A stretch of DNA of 64,000 bases from Macrostomum lignano (lineage: Eukaryota). Below, piece by piece: positions 1 through 11,123 of this stretch; the first letter of the stretch is position 1, and the number at the start of each line of letters is the position of its first letter. Below the pieces are notes generated by a model. The model worked only from the letters and a program-made list of their open reading frames with translations. It was not told the origin of the DNA and ran no database searches. The stretch is taken from assembly GCA_002269645.1 (NCBI GenBank), contig NIVC01000056.1:806001-870000 (forward strand), given 5' to 3'. The translations under genes and the position numbers were made by a program.

Positions 1-1600
1 AGACAATAGAAAGCAGAAGCCAACAAAAAAAACAAACAGAAGAAAAACACAACAGAAAAACACAATTAGAAGCAGAAGACAACAGAAAAACACAACCAGA
101 AGCAGAAGCCAACAGAAAAACACAACCAGAAGAAGAAGCCAACAGAAAAACACGACCAGAAGAAGAAGCCAACAGAAAAACACAACCAGAAGAAAAAGAC
201 AACAGAAAAACACAACCAGAAGAAAAAGACAACAGAAAAACACAACCAGAAGCAGAAAACAGAAAAACACAACCAGAAGCAGAAGCCAACAGAAAAACAC
301 AACCAGAAGAAGAAGCCAACAGAAAAACACGACCAGAAGAAGAAGCCAACAGAAAAACACAACCAGAAGCAGAAGCCAACAGAAAAACACAACCAGAAGA
401 AAAAGACAACAGAAAAACACAACCAGAAGCAGAAAAAGGAAAAACACAACCAGAAGCAGAAGCCAACAGAAAAACACAACCAGAAGAAGAAGCCAACAGA
501 AAAACATGACCAGAAGAAGAAGCCAACAGAAAAACACAACCAGAAGAAAAACAGACACAACCAGAAGAAACACAACCAGAAGAAAAAGAAAAGAAAAACA
601 CAACCAGAAGAAACAACAGAAAAACACAACCAGAAGCAGTAAACAGAAAAACACAACCAGAAGCAGAAGCCAACAGAAAAACACAACCAGAAGAAAAAGA
701 CAACAGAAAAACACAACCACAACCAGAAGCAGAAAAAGGAAAAACACACACCAGCAGCAGAAGCCAACAGAAAAACACAACCAGAAGAAAAAGAAGAAAA
801 ACAACAGAAAAACACAACCAGAAGAAAAAGACAACAGAAAAACACAACCAGAAGAAAAAGACAACAGAAAAACACAACCAGAAGCAGAAAACAGAAAAAC
901 ACAACCAGAAGCAGAAGCCAACAGAAAAACACAACCAGAAGAAAAAGACAACAGAAAAACACAACCAGAAGCAGAAAAAGGAAAAACACAACCAACAGCA
1001 GAAGCCAACAGAAAAACACAACCAGAAGAAGAAGCCAACAGAAAAACACGACCAGAAGAAGAAGCCAACAGAAAAACACAACCAGAAGAAAAAGACAACA
1101 GAAAAACACAACCAGAAGAAAAAGACAACAGAAAAACACAACCAGAAGCAGAAAACAGAAAAACACAACCAGAAGCAGAAGCCAACAGAAAAACACAACC
1201 AGAAGAAGCCAACAGAAAAACACGACCAGAAGAAGAAGCCAACAGAAAAACACAACCAGAAGAAAAAGACAACAGAAAAACACAATTAGAAGCAGAAGAC
1301 AACAGAAAAACACAACCAGAACCAGAAGACAACAGAAAAACACAACCAGAAGAAAAATACAACAGAAAAGCACAATCAGAAGCAAAAGACAACAGAAAAA
1401 CACAACCAGAAGCAGAAGACAATGGAAAAAACAACCCGGAAACAGAAGACAACAGAGAAACAACCAGAAGCAGGAAACAGAAAAACACAACCGGAAGCAG
1501 AAGAGAACAGAAAAACACAAGGTAACTAGAAGCAGAAGACAATAGAAAAACACAACTAAAGGCAGAAGACAGCAGAAAACATAGCCAGAAGCAGAAGACA
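1..1600. repeat. A-rich minisatellite (27-30 bp unit, e.g. ACAACCAGAAGAAGAAGCCAACAGAAAAAC) in DHTKD1 intron 2
   Basis: Tandem units are directly visible. The array lies just downstream of the GTGAGC donor at 1645 on the minus strand. Confidence 0.95.
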
Positions 1601-1645
1601 GTGTAAGACAGCAGAGCACACCTACCAAAAAAGCAATCAGCTCAC

Positions 1646-2299
1646 CTGATTATTAACCACAATATGAATAGTGCCACCAATGCTGTAGTGAGGAACCTCG
1701 GCCATAGCCAGGGTCTCGTACACAATGCCTTGGCCAACAATAGACGCGTCACCGTGAATTAACACGCAACAGGTGGAATCGCCATTCTACTACTACTACT
1801 ACTACTACCCTCAGTAGTATCCTCACGATAATCTCCTTCGCCAAGTCGTTGCATTTTTGATCGAGTCTTACCAGCAGCCACTGGTACGCAAGCTTCTAAA
1901 TGAGACGGATTAGGAATTAACGATACCGTAATGCTCTTCTCTCCGTAGCGCTTGGCAACAGATTGGAAATAATGCGAGAACGTGTCGCCAGTGAAGCCTT
2001 CGGTTTCAGTGCAACCGTCTGGAAATTCGCTCAACCCGCGCATCTTTCTAAAGTACAGATGAGCCGGCAAGTCCAATAGTACGGTTAATAGATTATTCCG
2101 ACCCCGATGAGCAATGCCAACAATCATGTTGCTAAGGCCAGCGGTGGAGCAACCGCGCTCAATCAGCCTGTCCATAGCAACTAATAAGCTTTCGCAGCCT
2201 TCGCCGCCGTAGCGTTTTACCGAACCGAATTTTGCGCCAAGAAATTCATCAACTATTTGAGACTGAGACATCACTTCGGCCATGCGGACAATTTCCGTT
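1646..2299 (-). CDS. DHTKD1: DHTKD1 (2-oxoadipate dehydrogenase E1) exon 2, with a frameshift at about 1787
   Basis: Motifs [29 protein letters not shown] and PNPSHLEA are present. The ThDP-binding motif [19 protein letters not shown]...IHIVVNNQ follows in a shifted frame. Acceptor TGCAG|A at 2300/2299 joins exon 1 in phase 2; donor GTGAGC at 1645. Confidence 0.9.
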
Positions 2300-2499
2300 C
2301 TGCAATTTGTTATCAGTTTTATTGTCCCCTGTTTTAGCAGAAGCAATTACATTCAAACTGTTTGAGACTGTCTGTTCATCCCCGACTAGCCTCATGTGCT
2401 CAACCTAGCTTAAACGCTATTTGACCTTCTTAGCCTACTCAAGTAGCGACTGAACCTACTTAATCACTATCTAAACCTACGTGTACTCAACCGCTACTC

Positions 2500-3060
2500 A
2501 ACCGCTACTCAACCTACTCAATCGCTACATCAAACTACTCAATAGCTACATCAAACTACTCAATAGCTACATCAAACTACTCAATAGCTACATCAAACTA
2601 CTCAATAGCTAAATCAAACTACTCAATAGCTACATCAAACTACTCAATAGCTACATCAAACTACTCAATAGCTACATCAAACTACTCAATAGCTACATCA
2701 AACTACTCAATAGCTACATCAAACTACTCAATAGCTACTCAACCTACTCAAATCGCTACTAAACCTACTCAAATCGCTACTCAACCTACTCAATAGCTAC
2801 ATCAAACTACTCAATAGCTACATCAAACTACTCAATAGCTACATCAAACTACTCAATAGCTACATCAAACTACTCAATAGCTACATCAACATGCTCAATA
2901 GCTACATCAAACTATTCAATAGCTACATTAAACTACTCAATAGCTACTCAACCTACTCAAATCGCTACTAAACCTACTTAAATCGCTACTCAACCTACTC
3001 AATAGCTACTCAACCTACTTAAATCGCTACTCAACATACCTAAACCGCTACTGAACCGAC
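2500..3060. repeat. 21-bp minisatellite (CTACTCAATAGCTACATCAAA) in DHTKD1 intron 1
   Basis: Tandem copies visible between the two exons. Confidence 0.95.
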
Positions 3061-3083
3061 TCAAATCTTTATTAACAACTCAC

Positions 3084-3688
3084 TCATTAGGATTAAACTC
3101 CTCTCGACAAGCTTCAAACCGTTTAGCAAACCAGATTCTCTCCCTCCAATCGGCCAGGTGATCAAATTCGGCAGACAACTGACCGCAATATATTGTTTCT
3201 AATTGTTTAGCCAAATCGCCAAGTCGAGTTGCACAAGAACTAAAATCTGATGGTATCGAATCGACAGAGACGGCTTCGTCAGGATCAATTCTATTTAACA
3301 GATTCGACAGTTCCTCGTCAACTTCTTTGCTAGCTAAGCCAAGAGGATCAAGAGCCGCCTGACGATGCCCGTGACGCCGATAAAGATCAATTAATCGCCT
3401 AGCAACGGGATGGCAACCGAGCGACAAAGACTCATTAGCCGCCTGATGGGGAATGGTATCAGCAGGCGGTTCCTCTCTGTGGCCATAGACAAATCCTGCG
3501 GTGCGGTAGTGCCGGATGTGGCCATAGACAAATCCTGCCGTGCGAGAGTGCCGGATGTGGCCATAGACAAATCCTGCCGTGCGAGAGTGCCGGATGTGGC
3601 CATAGACAAATCCTGCCGTGTGGTAGTACCGCATTTGTATACAACAAGCCAGTCGAGTCAAACGACTGCACATTGCTAGCAGAGGCAT
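3084..3688 (-). CDS. DHTKD1: DHTKD1 exon 1 (mitochondrial presequence and N-terminus)
   Basis: ATG at 3688 gives MPLLAMCSRLTRLACC, which is Arg-rich and lacks acidic residues. Further motifs: RRLIDLYRRHGHRQAALDPLG, YCGQLSAEF, ERIWFAKRFE. Donor GTGAGT at 3083 (phase 2). Confidence 0.85.
3479..3634 (-). repeat. Four 39-bp in-frame coding repeats (13 aa, about IRHSRTAGFVYGH)
   Basis: Copies at 3479-3517, 3518-3556, 3557-3595 and 3596-3634. Confidence 0.95.
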
Positions 3689-4018
3689 TGCGTTAAACCC
3701 GTGCGTGTTTTTTAAAGATGTTTCTCTGTAATATTTTCGCAAAACTACTGTTAGTAGGATAGAAAACAAGTATTAAGATGACTGCACATCGGAGATTTCT
3801 GGCGTTGAACAGACGAACGAAGTGGGTGAAGCTGAAATTAAAATAACATATTATTTAGTAAAGCTTTGAATGCACAGTTTAAATGTTTTCTATGAAATTA
3901 CCCTCTATTAACGGAAATATCAACGTGACGGGGAAACAAAACCTAAATTGGAGATATGAGAAAGTATAGACCAGAAAAGAAAGACCCGGTAGGAAAAAGG
4001 GAAACAAAGACCTAATGG

Positions 4019-4395
4019 AAGGGCCGTAGCGTAGCCTAGTAGTCAAGCGTGGCGCTCTGATGTGCCAGCGGCCCAGGCTCGATTCCAAGTGCAGTCACAT
4101 TAATTTGGGGCTGAATTGGAATCTCGGCTTGGCTCTGCTCGTGCAATTAACACCTTTGAAGGGCCAACCCCCCAAGGCACAGTGAAGTGTACATGCCTAA
4201 CGATAAACAAAGTTAGGGCCACTGTACACTCCTGTGTGAGTGTGTGCCTGTGCGTATGACTGCGTACGTATCCGCGCGCTTGTGTGCCTGCTCAGGGGAG
4301 TCGGCGGAATTGGCAGCAATGCCTCTCGCCGGTTGTGTGACAATGTCGCTTAAAGTGCGCCAGGGTGCACCCAGCCCCCTGCCTCTGATCTATAA
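4019..4395 (+). mobile_element. tRNA-derived SINE, family A, copy 1
   Basis: tRNA-like head GGGCCGTAGC...GCTCGATTCC. Collinear with the copy at 9175. Confidence 0.75.
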
Positions 4396-5240
4396 AAGAC
4401 GTAATCGAAAATTGAGGGAACAAAGACCAACTAGAAGATAAAAGGCAACTAAGCTTTCCTACACTATCAAAAGTTTCAATTTTAACTAATTAAAAAAGCC
4501 AAAAGACTGAATACAATACAATATAGTTATTAGTAAACCATTTTAATGACTTTGAAAAGTTAGATAAATGACAAAGACAAAACAAATAGTTTAGATGCTA
4601 TACACAGAAAAAGTTAACAGACGAAAAAGTTCACAGGACCAGCAATAAATCAGTTGAGTAAATTGAATTACAAATTAAATTATACAGTCTTTGAAGTATA
4701 GAAAATATACAATTGGACACAAAAAAGACACAACATAGAAGATAGGATCTTATGATTAATTTAAGTACACTACACAATTAAAACTAGCTAAATAATTAAT
4801 TACGCATATATATACATATATAATAGCGAGTACTTACTGAATTCTATGCCAAAGAGTACAATGATAACAAAGAACGAATGACGATTAGCAACTGACAAAC
4901 GATATATAAGCAATGTTATGTGACACTACTATTATAATTCTTAAAATTTAGCAAGGAAATTTGTGCAATAGAAAACAGATTAAAAATATAATCACTGCTA
5001 CAATAAATGATAGTATTTTAATGATTACTGTGATTGCTTATAATGAAATAAAAAGAAGATAATAAACGTTCTTTTCAACAAATTAGGCGTAGGCAACTTA
5101 AAGCAGAATTAAAGCTGTTGTTTATGTTTAAGAACATAAAAAACTTGCAGAGCTGCATGTACTTACCCATACTGGCTATGCTAGGATATATAAAAAGTTT
5201 ATTATATTCTAAACTATTTATTGTCATATATTATAGAATA

Positions 5241-5459
5241 GGCCGTGTACGGCTGTTCAGTCCAAGGACTGGGGGTGCCACACACTCCTCCATTACCACG
5301 GCTAAAGCTGGCACCCATTTTACAGCTGGGTGAACTGAAGCAATGCAGAGTTAAATGTGTCTCGCTGAAGGACACAAATTGTTCCGAGTGGGTCGAGAAT
5401 CGAACCCCACACCTCTCAGTCGTTAGTCCGACGCTCTAACCACTAGGCTACATCCCCCC
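5241..5459 (-). mobile_element. tRNA-derived CORE-like SINE, family B, copy 1
   Basis: Minus strand reads GGGGGATGTAGCCTAGTGGTTAGAGCG...GGTTCGATTC (A and B boxes), then GTGTCCTT...TTAACTCTGCATTGCTTCAGTTCACCCAGCTGTAAAATGGG, which resembles the MIR/CORE domain. Confidence 0.75.
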
Positions 5460-5848
5460 TAGTATAGCATGCAAATTATAGACCCAAGCTTAAAGTTTAA
5501 TAAGATAACGATGCAATAAAGACGGAACCAAATAAACAGCTGTTTTTGCCCATTGCCTTAATTCTCAACTTAACGATCTGTTTTGCACATAGGAATCACT
5601 TGTTTTTTTACAAACAAAGCTTTACAAAAATCATTGTGCTATTTTGTCTCGGGAAGCGTATTTTTAGACCCTCAAATGTTTCGCCTCCTACTTAAGTAGT
5701 CCATATAGTTCATATAGTTCAACCAGAAAAGAAGTTCATACTATGCAAACAGTACAATATCTATAAACAACAAGCGATATAGGCTGCCAAGAAAGATATA
5801 AGACAATAATAGGTACACGAGAAATAGAGTAACGCATATGTCAGACAC

Positions 5849-8689
5849 TCATCGAGCAGACACCCTGGCAACTACCACTCGCTTCCGCGTTCCGGAACTA
5901 GCAGCGCTAGGCACAGTGACGGCAGCAGACTTCCTAGCGTACACAGGATCAGTCGCTGCAGGTTCAACAGTTGAATTTGAAGACGACGCAGCGGAGGAAT
6001 CCAATCGAGCTTTTTTAGTAGCAGATCCGCCATTTTCTTTAGTTCGAATAGCTATCGCCGGTTGTTGCTGTTGCGAGGCGCTGCTGTTCAAAGCTACGAA
6101 TGCTCGAAAAACGTTTGGCGATATTTCGTCGTGCAATTTTCGATACAGCGGACCGGCCCCTCTGGTGTTTAACAATACAGGAGTGACTGTCGTTGTTGCA
6201 GTTGCTGCTGCCGCTGCTACTGCGATCGGTTGTTGAACGATAATCTTCTCTTTGGGTACCGTACTTTCTAGTGACTGTTCTTTTGGTTGTTCCTGATTTA
6301 GCACCTGTTGTGCAATAGGCTGCTGCTTTCGTCTATACGGATGGTAAAGCTTCGGATCAGCTGATAAAGGTTTATCTGTTGGCAGAAATCTTGCTCTTTG
6401 TTGACTGCCTATTTCCCCTCTTTTAGTAGACAGTAGATCGGCTTTTGACACTCGAACAACTTGAATGGGATTCGATTGATTATCTAATGAAGGCAGCTGC
6501 TGACGCGAACAAGAAGGATTTGAGTCCGATAGATCGGTGAAATTTTGCATCGACAAAGACGATTGTTGAGTTTCCGATAGAGGAGGAACGACGTTAAAAT
6601 TAATGTTGATTGCAGCGTCTGGGTCTACGAGCATATCGGATGCGGCCGATCCTGCGGTTGATGAAGCCTGAAGAGGCTGAGGCATCGGTGGAGACTGCTG
6701 TTGCTGAGCAGATGCAACAATTCTCATAGGTTTGTCGCATTTTCGTTTACGACGATTGTTGGATTCGATTGATCCACTAGGAGCAACAGATTCGTCTTGC
6801 GTCTCTGCGGCAGAGTCTTTCAATTTGGGCTGTGACCCACTGCTCTGCTGCGTCTCCTGCCCCTGTTGAGCCAAGAAGCCTGCCCAATCGATCTCGCGGG
6901 GCGCTACAGCTGCAGACGTTGTTTTACGTCGCGAATGCTTTGGCGGCAATTGTGGCTTAACAGAAATCGGATTCGAATCAACGACCACGGTTCGTACAGC
7001 AATCGAAGACTGCGGAGAAGGCAAAAGAGGAGTAGATATAGGTTCAGGCGTTGTTTCGCCTCCATTAACTTGCAAAGTCATGGAACTTGAAGATGGTCCA
7101 GATTGAACTGTAGATTGAACCGGAAGTTGCAGAGCTAATTTACTAAGATGAACTAAAGGATGCTGCTGCTGTTGTTGTGATTGCTGAGCTGGCTTTGGAT
7201 GATGCGCCGCTACAGGGTCTACAGGAGTCGACACCGTGCGAATGCCTACCTGACCAACAGCTGGTCCACCATCTTGCAGCTTCCTATAGTAGCGCGAATT
7301 TGGCGCGTCCCAACTGATTGGCGCCGGTGCTGGACTTTTGGGGTGCAACTTTTGGGCAGCAGATATTTGTTGTTGTTGCAATTTCTGCTTCTGCTGTTTC
7401 TTCTGCCGCTCCATAGCAGCTTCGGCGGTTAAGTCTACAATCGGAGTTTCGTGTACAACATTCACCACGTTTACAGCTGGGCGACCCCGACCCCTGTGAG
7501 TAGTCGGATGAGACTTGCTAGTAGTGGAAGGCTCAACTGCAGGTGCGGCAGATGGAAGTGGCAACTCTGGCAGCGTGAAAGACTCGGCTTCAAGCTCGGC
7601 AGCTACCGGTGGAGTTGGTGGCAACTCGTTATGGTAACTATCGCCAGCAGTACCGGCTAAGGTAGTGTCTTCGCTGCAAGCCTCGGCCGAGACTTCGATG
7701 CAAGCGTCCTCTTCAATGTGCTGCGATTCAGAATCGGACGATGAGGAGACGGCTTCGTTGCAGAAGCTCGAATCTGACTTGCGATTATTCTTATCTTGCT
7801 TGCTGCTGCTGCTAGTAGAGGTCTTATTAGTGATGTTGTCTTTCTTTTTTCTTTCACTAATAGTGACACTATGGACAACAGGAGACGCAGAAGCTCTTGT
7901 GCGACTGGATGAACTGCTTCTGTTATTAGGACTTGTTGAAGACTTATCAGACGACTGGTTTTGAGTCAGATTCTTTAGATCCCCCGCAGGATGTCGACGC
8001 TTTCCAAGACGTTTAAGGTCAGTAGCAGCAGGTGCAGATGGTGTCGCTGGGTTACAGCTTGCAGCTACAGATGTTGCAGTCGATGACCTTTGCTGCCTTG
8101 AGTTGCTTACTGACTTTTGCTGCTTCTGCTGATATGCCTGTTTTGTCTTCGGTTCCTGTTTATTCTGTTGTTCAAGCTTCCCTGGTTGCTTTTGCTTCTT
8201 CGGGTGTTCCTGTTTCTTCTTCAGCTCCTTTTCCTGTTTATCTTGATTCTTCAATTGTTGCGGCTTCTTTGGCTGCTCTGACTTCTGCTGTTCTTGCTTT
8301 TTCTGTTGTTGTAGCTTCTTCTGTTGTTGTAGCTTCTTCTGTTGTTGTAGCTTCTTCTGTTGTTGTAGCTTCTTCTGTTGTGCTAATTTCTGCTGCTCTT
8401 GTTCTTTTTGCTGCTCCAACTTCTGCTGCTCCTGCCTCTGCTGTTCTTCGTGCCAATGATTTCTCTGCTTTTTGTGCTTCTGCTCCTGCTTTTGCTGCCT
8501 GACTTTCTTTTTCGACACACTTAGTGGGCTAACCAAAACAACAGGACGGGAAATTCTACCGCCACTGCGAAGCTGCTTGTCACGATTCTGCTGAATTGCT
8601 TTGCTTTTTTGTCGCATGATTCTGCTTTTAAGAACTGTTGCCTTTTTAGCTGGATGACTGTCTTTTTGGCATGCAAAGAGTTTAAACAA
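5849..8689 (-). CDS. Long Q/S/K-rich, probably disordered protein; large terminal exon or single-exon gene of unknown family
   Basis: 946 uninterrupted codons ending in TGA. Basic NLS-like clusters (RRKRKCDKP, KRLGKRR) and a 7-aa QQKKLQQ repeat. No recognisable domain; the 5' boundary is uncertain. Confidence 0.7.
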   Translation of the reverse strand: MFKLFACQKDSHPAKKATVLKSRIMRQKSKAIQQNRDKQLRSGGRISRPVVLVSPLSVSKKKVRQQKQEQKHKKQRNHWHEEQQRQEQQKLEQQKEQEQQKLAQQKKLQQQKKLQQQKKLQQQKKLQQQKKQEQQKSEQPKKPQQLKNQDKQEKELKKKQEHPKKQKQPGKLEQQNKQEPKTKQAYQQKQQKSVSNSRQQRSSTATSVAASCNPATPSAPAATDLKRLGKRRHPAGDLKNLTQNQSSDKSSTSPNNRSSSSSRTRASASPVVHSVTISERKKKDNITNKTSTSSSSKQDKNNRKSDSSFCNEAVSSSSDSESQHIEEDACIEVSAEACSEDTTLAGTAGDSYHNELPPTPPVAAELEAESFTLPELPLPSAAPAVEPSTTSKSHPTTHRGRGRPAVNVVNVVHETPIVDLTAEAAMERQKKQQKQKLQQQQISAAQKLHPKSPAPAPISWDAPNSRYYRKLQDGGPAVGQVGIRTVSTPVDPVAAHHPKPAQQSQQQQQHPLVHLSKLALQLPVQSTVQSGPSSSSMTLQVNGGETTPEPISTPLLPSPQSSIAVRTVVVDSNPISVKPQLPPKHSRRKTTSAAVAPREIDWAGFLAQQGQETQQSSGSQPKLKDSAAETQDESVAPSGSIESNNRRKRKCDKPMRIVASAQQQQSPPMPQPLQASSTAGSAASDMLVDPDAAININFNVVPPLSETQQSSLSMQNFTDLSDSNPSCSRQQLPSLDNQSNPIQVVRVSKADLLSTKRGEIGSQQRARFLPTDKPLSADPKLYHPYRRKQQPIAQQVLNQEQPKEQSLESTVPKEKIIVQQPIAVAAAAATATTTVTPVLLNTRGAGPLYRKLHDEISPNVFRAFVALNSSASQQQQPAIAIRTKENGGSATKKARLDSSAASSSNSTVEPAATDPVYARKSAAVTVPSAASSGTRKRVVVARVSAR

Positions 8690-9174
8690 TAAACTTTATA
8701 TTTAATTATGACAGTATCAATTAAAACAAACTTCAAATAAAACCTACACTATAAAATCTATGATAATAGTTTAATTTTTTAATACTTAGAGACAACTGAT
8801 TTGTTAGATAAAAAATTGCTACTATTTTAAAAAGCTAATAAATAATGGCATTATTGTGATATATTGGCTTTCTTTTATATTGTTTTGTTTAATTTTATTA
8901 AAATCTAAAGTATGATACAAAAGAAAAAGAAAAAATAATAATTTTTTTTAATTAGATAGCTAAAATACAAGGGGTCTTGCAAAAGTTTTAGACTAATGTT
9001 TACATATACATCATTTTTGCTCAGTTTGGATAAAACTAAATTAATATTTGTTTTAAGCATAGGCAAATTTTAAGCTAAAATTTGTAAAGATTAGATAGTC
9101 ATAAAATGGCACAATAAACAGCAAATTTCTAAATCTAAATTAAAATTTTACCTCTAAGTTTCTCATTCATTCAA

Positions 9175-9500
9175 GGGGCCATAGCCCAGTGGTAGCGCAG
9201 CTACTCTGGTGTGCCAGCAACCCATGCTCGATTCCAAGTGCAGTCACATTAATTTGGGGCTGAATTGGAATCTTGGCTTGGCTCTGCTCGTGCAATTAAT
9301 GGCCTTGAGAGCCAACCCCCCAAGGCGCAGTGAAGTGTACATGCCTAATGATAAAATAAAGTATGCCTACTTATATGCCTACTTGTAAACTTGTATGCCT
9401 ACTTAGGGGAGTTGGCGGAATGGGCAGTAATGCCTCTCGCCGGTTGTGTGCCTGTCGCTTAAAGTGCGCCAGGGTGCACACAACCTCCCTGCCTCTAATG
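9175..9500 (+). mobile_element. tRNA-derived SINE, family A, copy 2
   Basis: Head GGGGCCATAGCCCAGTGGTAG...GCTCGATTCC. Body is near-identical to 4080-4210 and 4290-4385. Confidence 0.75.
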
Positions 9501-10242
9501 CCTCTAATAATAAGTTTCTCATTAAACAAAACAAATACAACTTCTATTTTAACCAAATAAAGCAAAATGTGTAGACATGGTAAGCATTAATCAACTATAT
9601 AGGTATATTTAGTGTTTATATTGTTGCAAAAATATAAACCTATGTTAAATTATCATAGAAATGGACATGGCTATAGGAAGTTATAAACGTTTTTAGAACA
9701 TATAGATATAAATTTGGTTATAATATTATAAGAATGCAGATTTCCTACATAGTTGAGTTTTTATACTTATTAATATTCATCACTATTGATAACTAAGACT
9801 TTATTAAAGATTTTAAGATATCATTCAACCTCTGATTTATAGGCAAAAGAAGAATTAAACAATTGAAATGAGTAAATGCTGCCCATTTAAAAGCTTTTAA
9901 AAGGGGAACTCTTAAGTTCCTAAGACTTAAACAAGACTTAACAATATTTATATTCTTTGTTACACTTGTTTATAGTTAGATACTATATTCATTTTAGTTT
10001 CTATATATTTTTAAAAGAGCTTTCTTGATCAAAAGTTAGCTATACCACATATGCCAAACTTATGATAATAATTATAATAATTGAGTAGATCTGCCCTAAT
10101 AAGCAAATATGCAACCTACAACTTAGCTGCAACTGTTGTGGTATATCTAAAAGCTACATATAGCTCTTAACTCCAAGGATAAAGGGTTACTATCAATAAG
10201 CTAGACTAGATAAGCTAGTCAATCTAGTTAGTTGATAAGAGG

Positions 10243-11123
10243 CAGTGTTGGACATTGGTCCATTAATAACTGTTAAACCATTAATAAGCATTAATAAGCA
10301 TTAAGATTTTTCATTAACATTAATAGACTGCCATTAAGACTTTTTTCACTAACAGATTAATAAATTTGCATTGATAATTTTGTGAGTTAATGACAAATTC
10401 ATTGTTAACATTGATAACAGTATCAATGACAGACACAAAGAAAGAACAAAAATACAAGTCTGATGAAAAGTTATAGCATTATCCAAATACCTTATTACTT
10501 GATAATTATCAAGGTATTTGAATTTACCTAATGCCTAGTTAATCTTTTTTGTTTATGACAAAGATAATGCAGATGTAATAGCTTTTTACTAATAAACTTT
10601 AATAATGAAATAAAATTGTGAACTTTCTTGCTTGCATATAAGCATTGATTGCTTTGATTCACTTTTTTGCTAATCTTTTGTAACTTTTTGCTGCATCTAC
10701 TAGTGCTACTGAAGTAGCCTTCCTATTTGTATTTTATTATTAACTAATTAGCTTTGAATTTTCAAAAAAAAAGTTACTTCTTTTACTGTATGCTTACTTT
10801 AATAGTATTATACATACAAGTTTTTACTATTATTATTATTTGTTATTTTTTAGTTTGTAAATCACTTGGATGACCTATGTTTTGCTAAAAAGATAGAAAA
10901 GCAAAAACAGTGTATCATTAAGTCTGTTTTGGAAAAAGTGCAAGATTTCTATATTTTCTATGTAGGCCCTAACTTTAATGGATTAACACTTATTAACAAT
11001 TATCAGTTAATTTTCAGTTAACTTAATGGAATTAAGAGTTAAATAATTAAGATTTTTTGTTTTAACACTAAAGCTTTTGCCATTAATAGAAGTTAAAAAT
11101 TTCATTAACAGTGCCCAACACTG
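10243..11123. mobile_element. Non-autonomous hAT-type element (MITE)
   Basis: TIRs CAGTGTTGGACA / TGCCCAACACTG. 8-bp flanks ATAAGAGG and GTAAGAGG (7/8 match). A related inverted copy lies at 53014-54697. Confidence 0.8.

Noticed and set aside
66-1628. 520-aa C/F/L/V-rich ORF and the opposite-strand 339-aa ORF
   Set aside because: These arise from a stop-free minisatellite inside a DHTKD1 intron.
4019-4095. tRNA genes at the SINE heads (also 9175, 5400-5459, 48606) and a B-box-like GGTTCGATTCC near 50355
   Set aside because: There is no complete cloverleaf. The heads continue into shared SINE bodies, and the 50355 site has no A box context.
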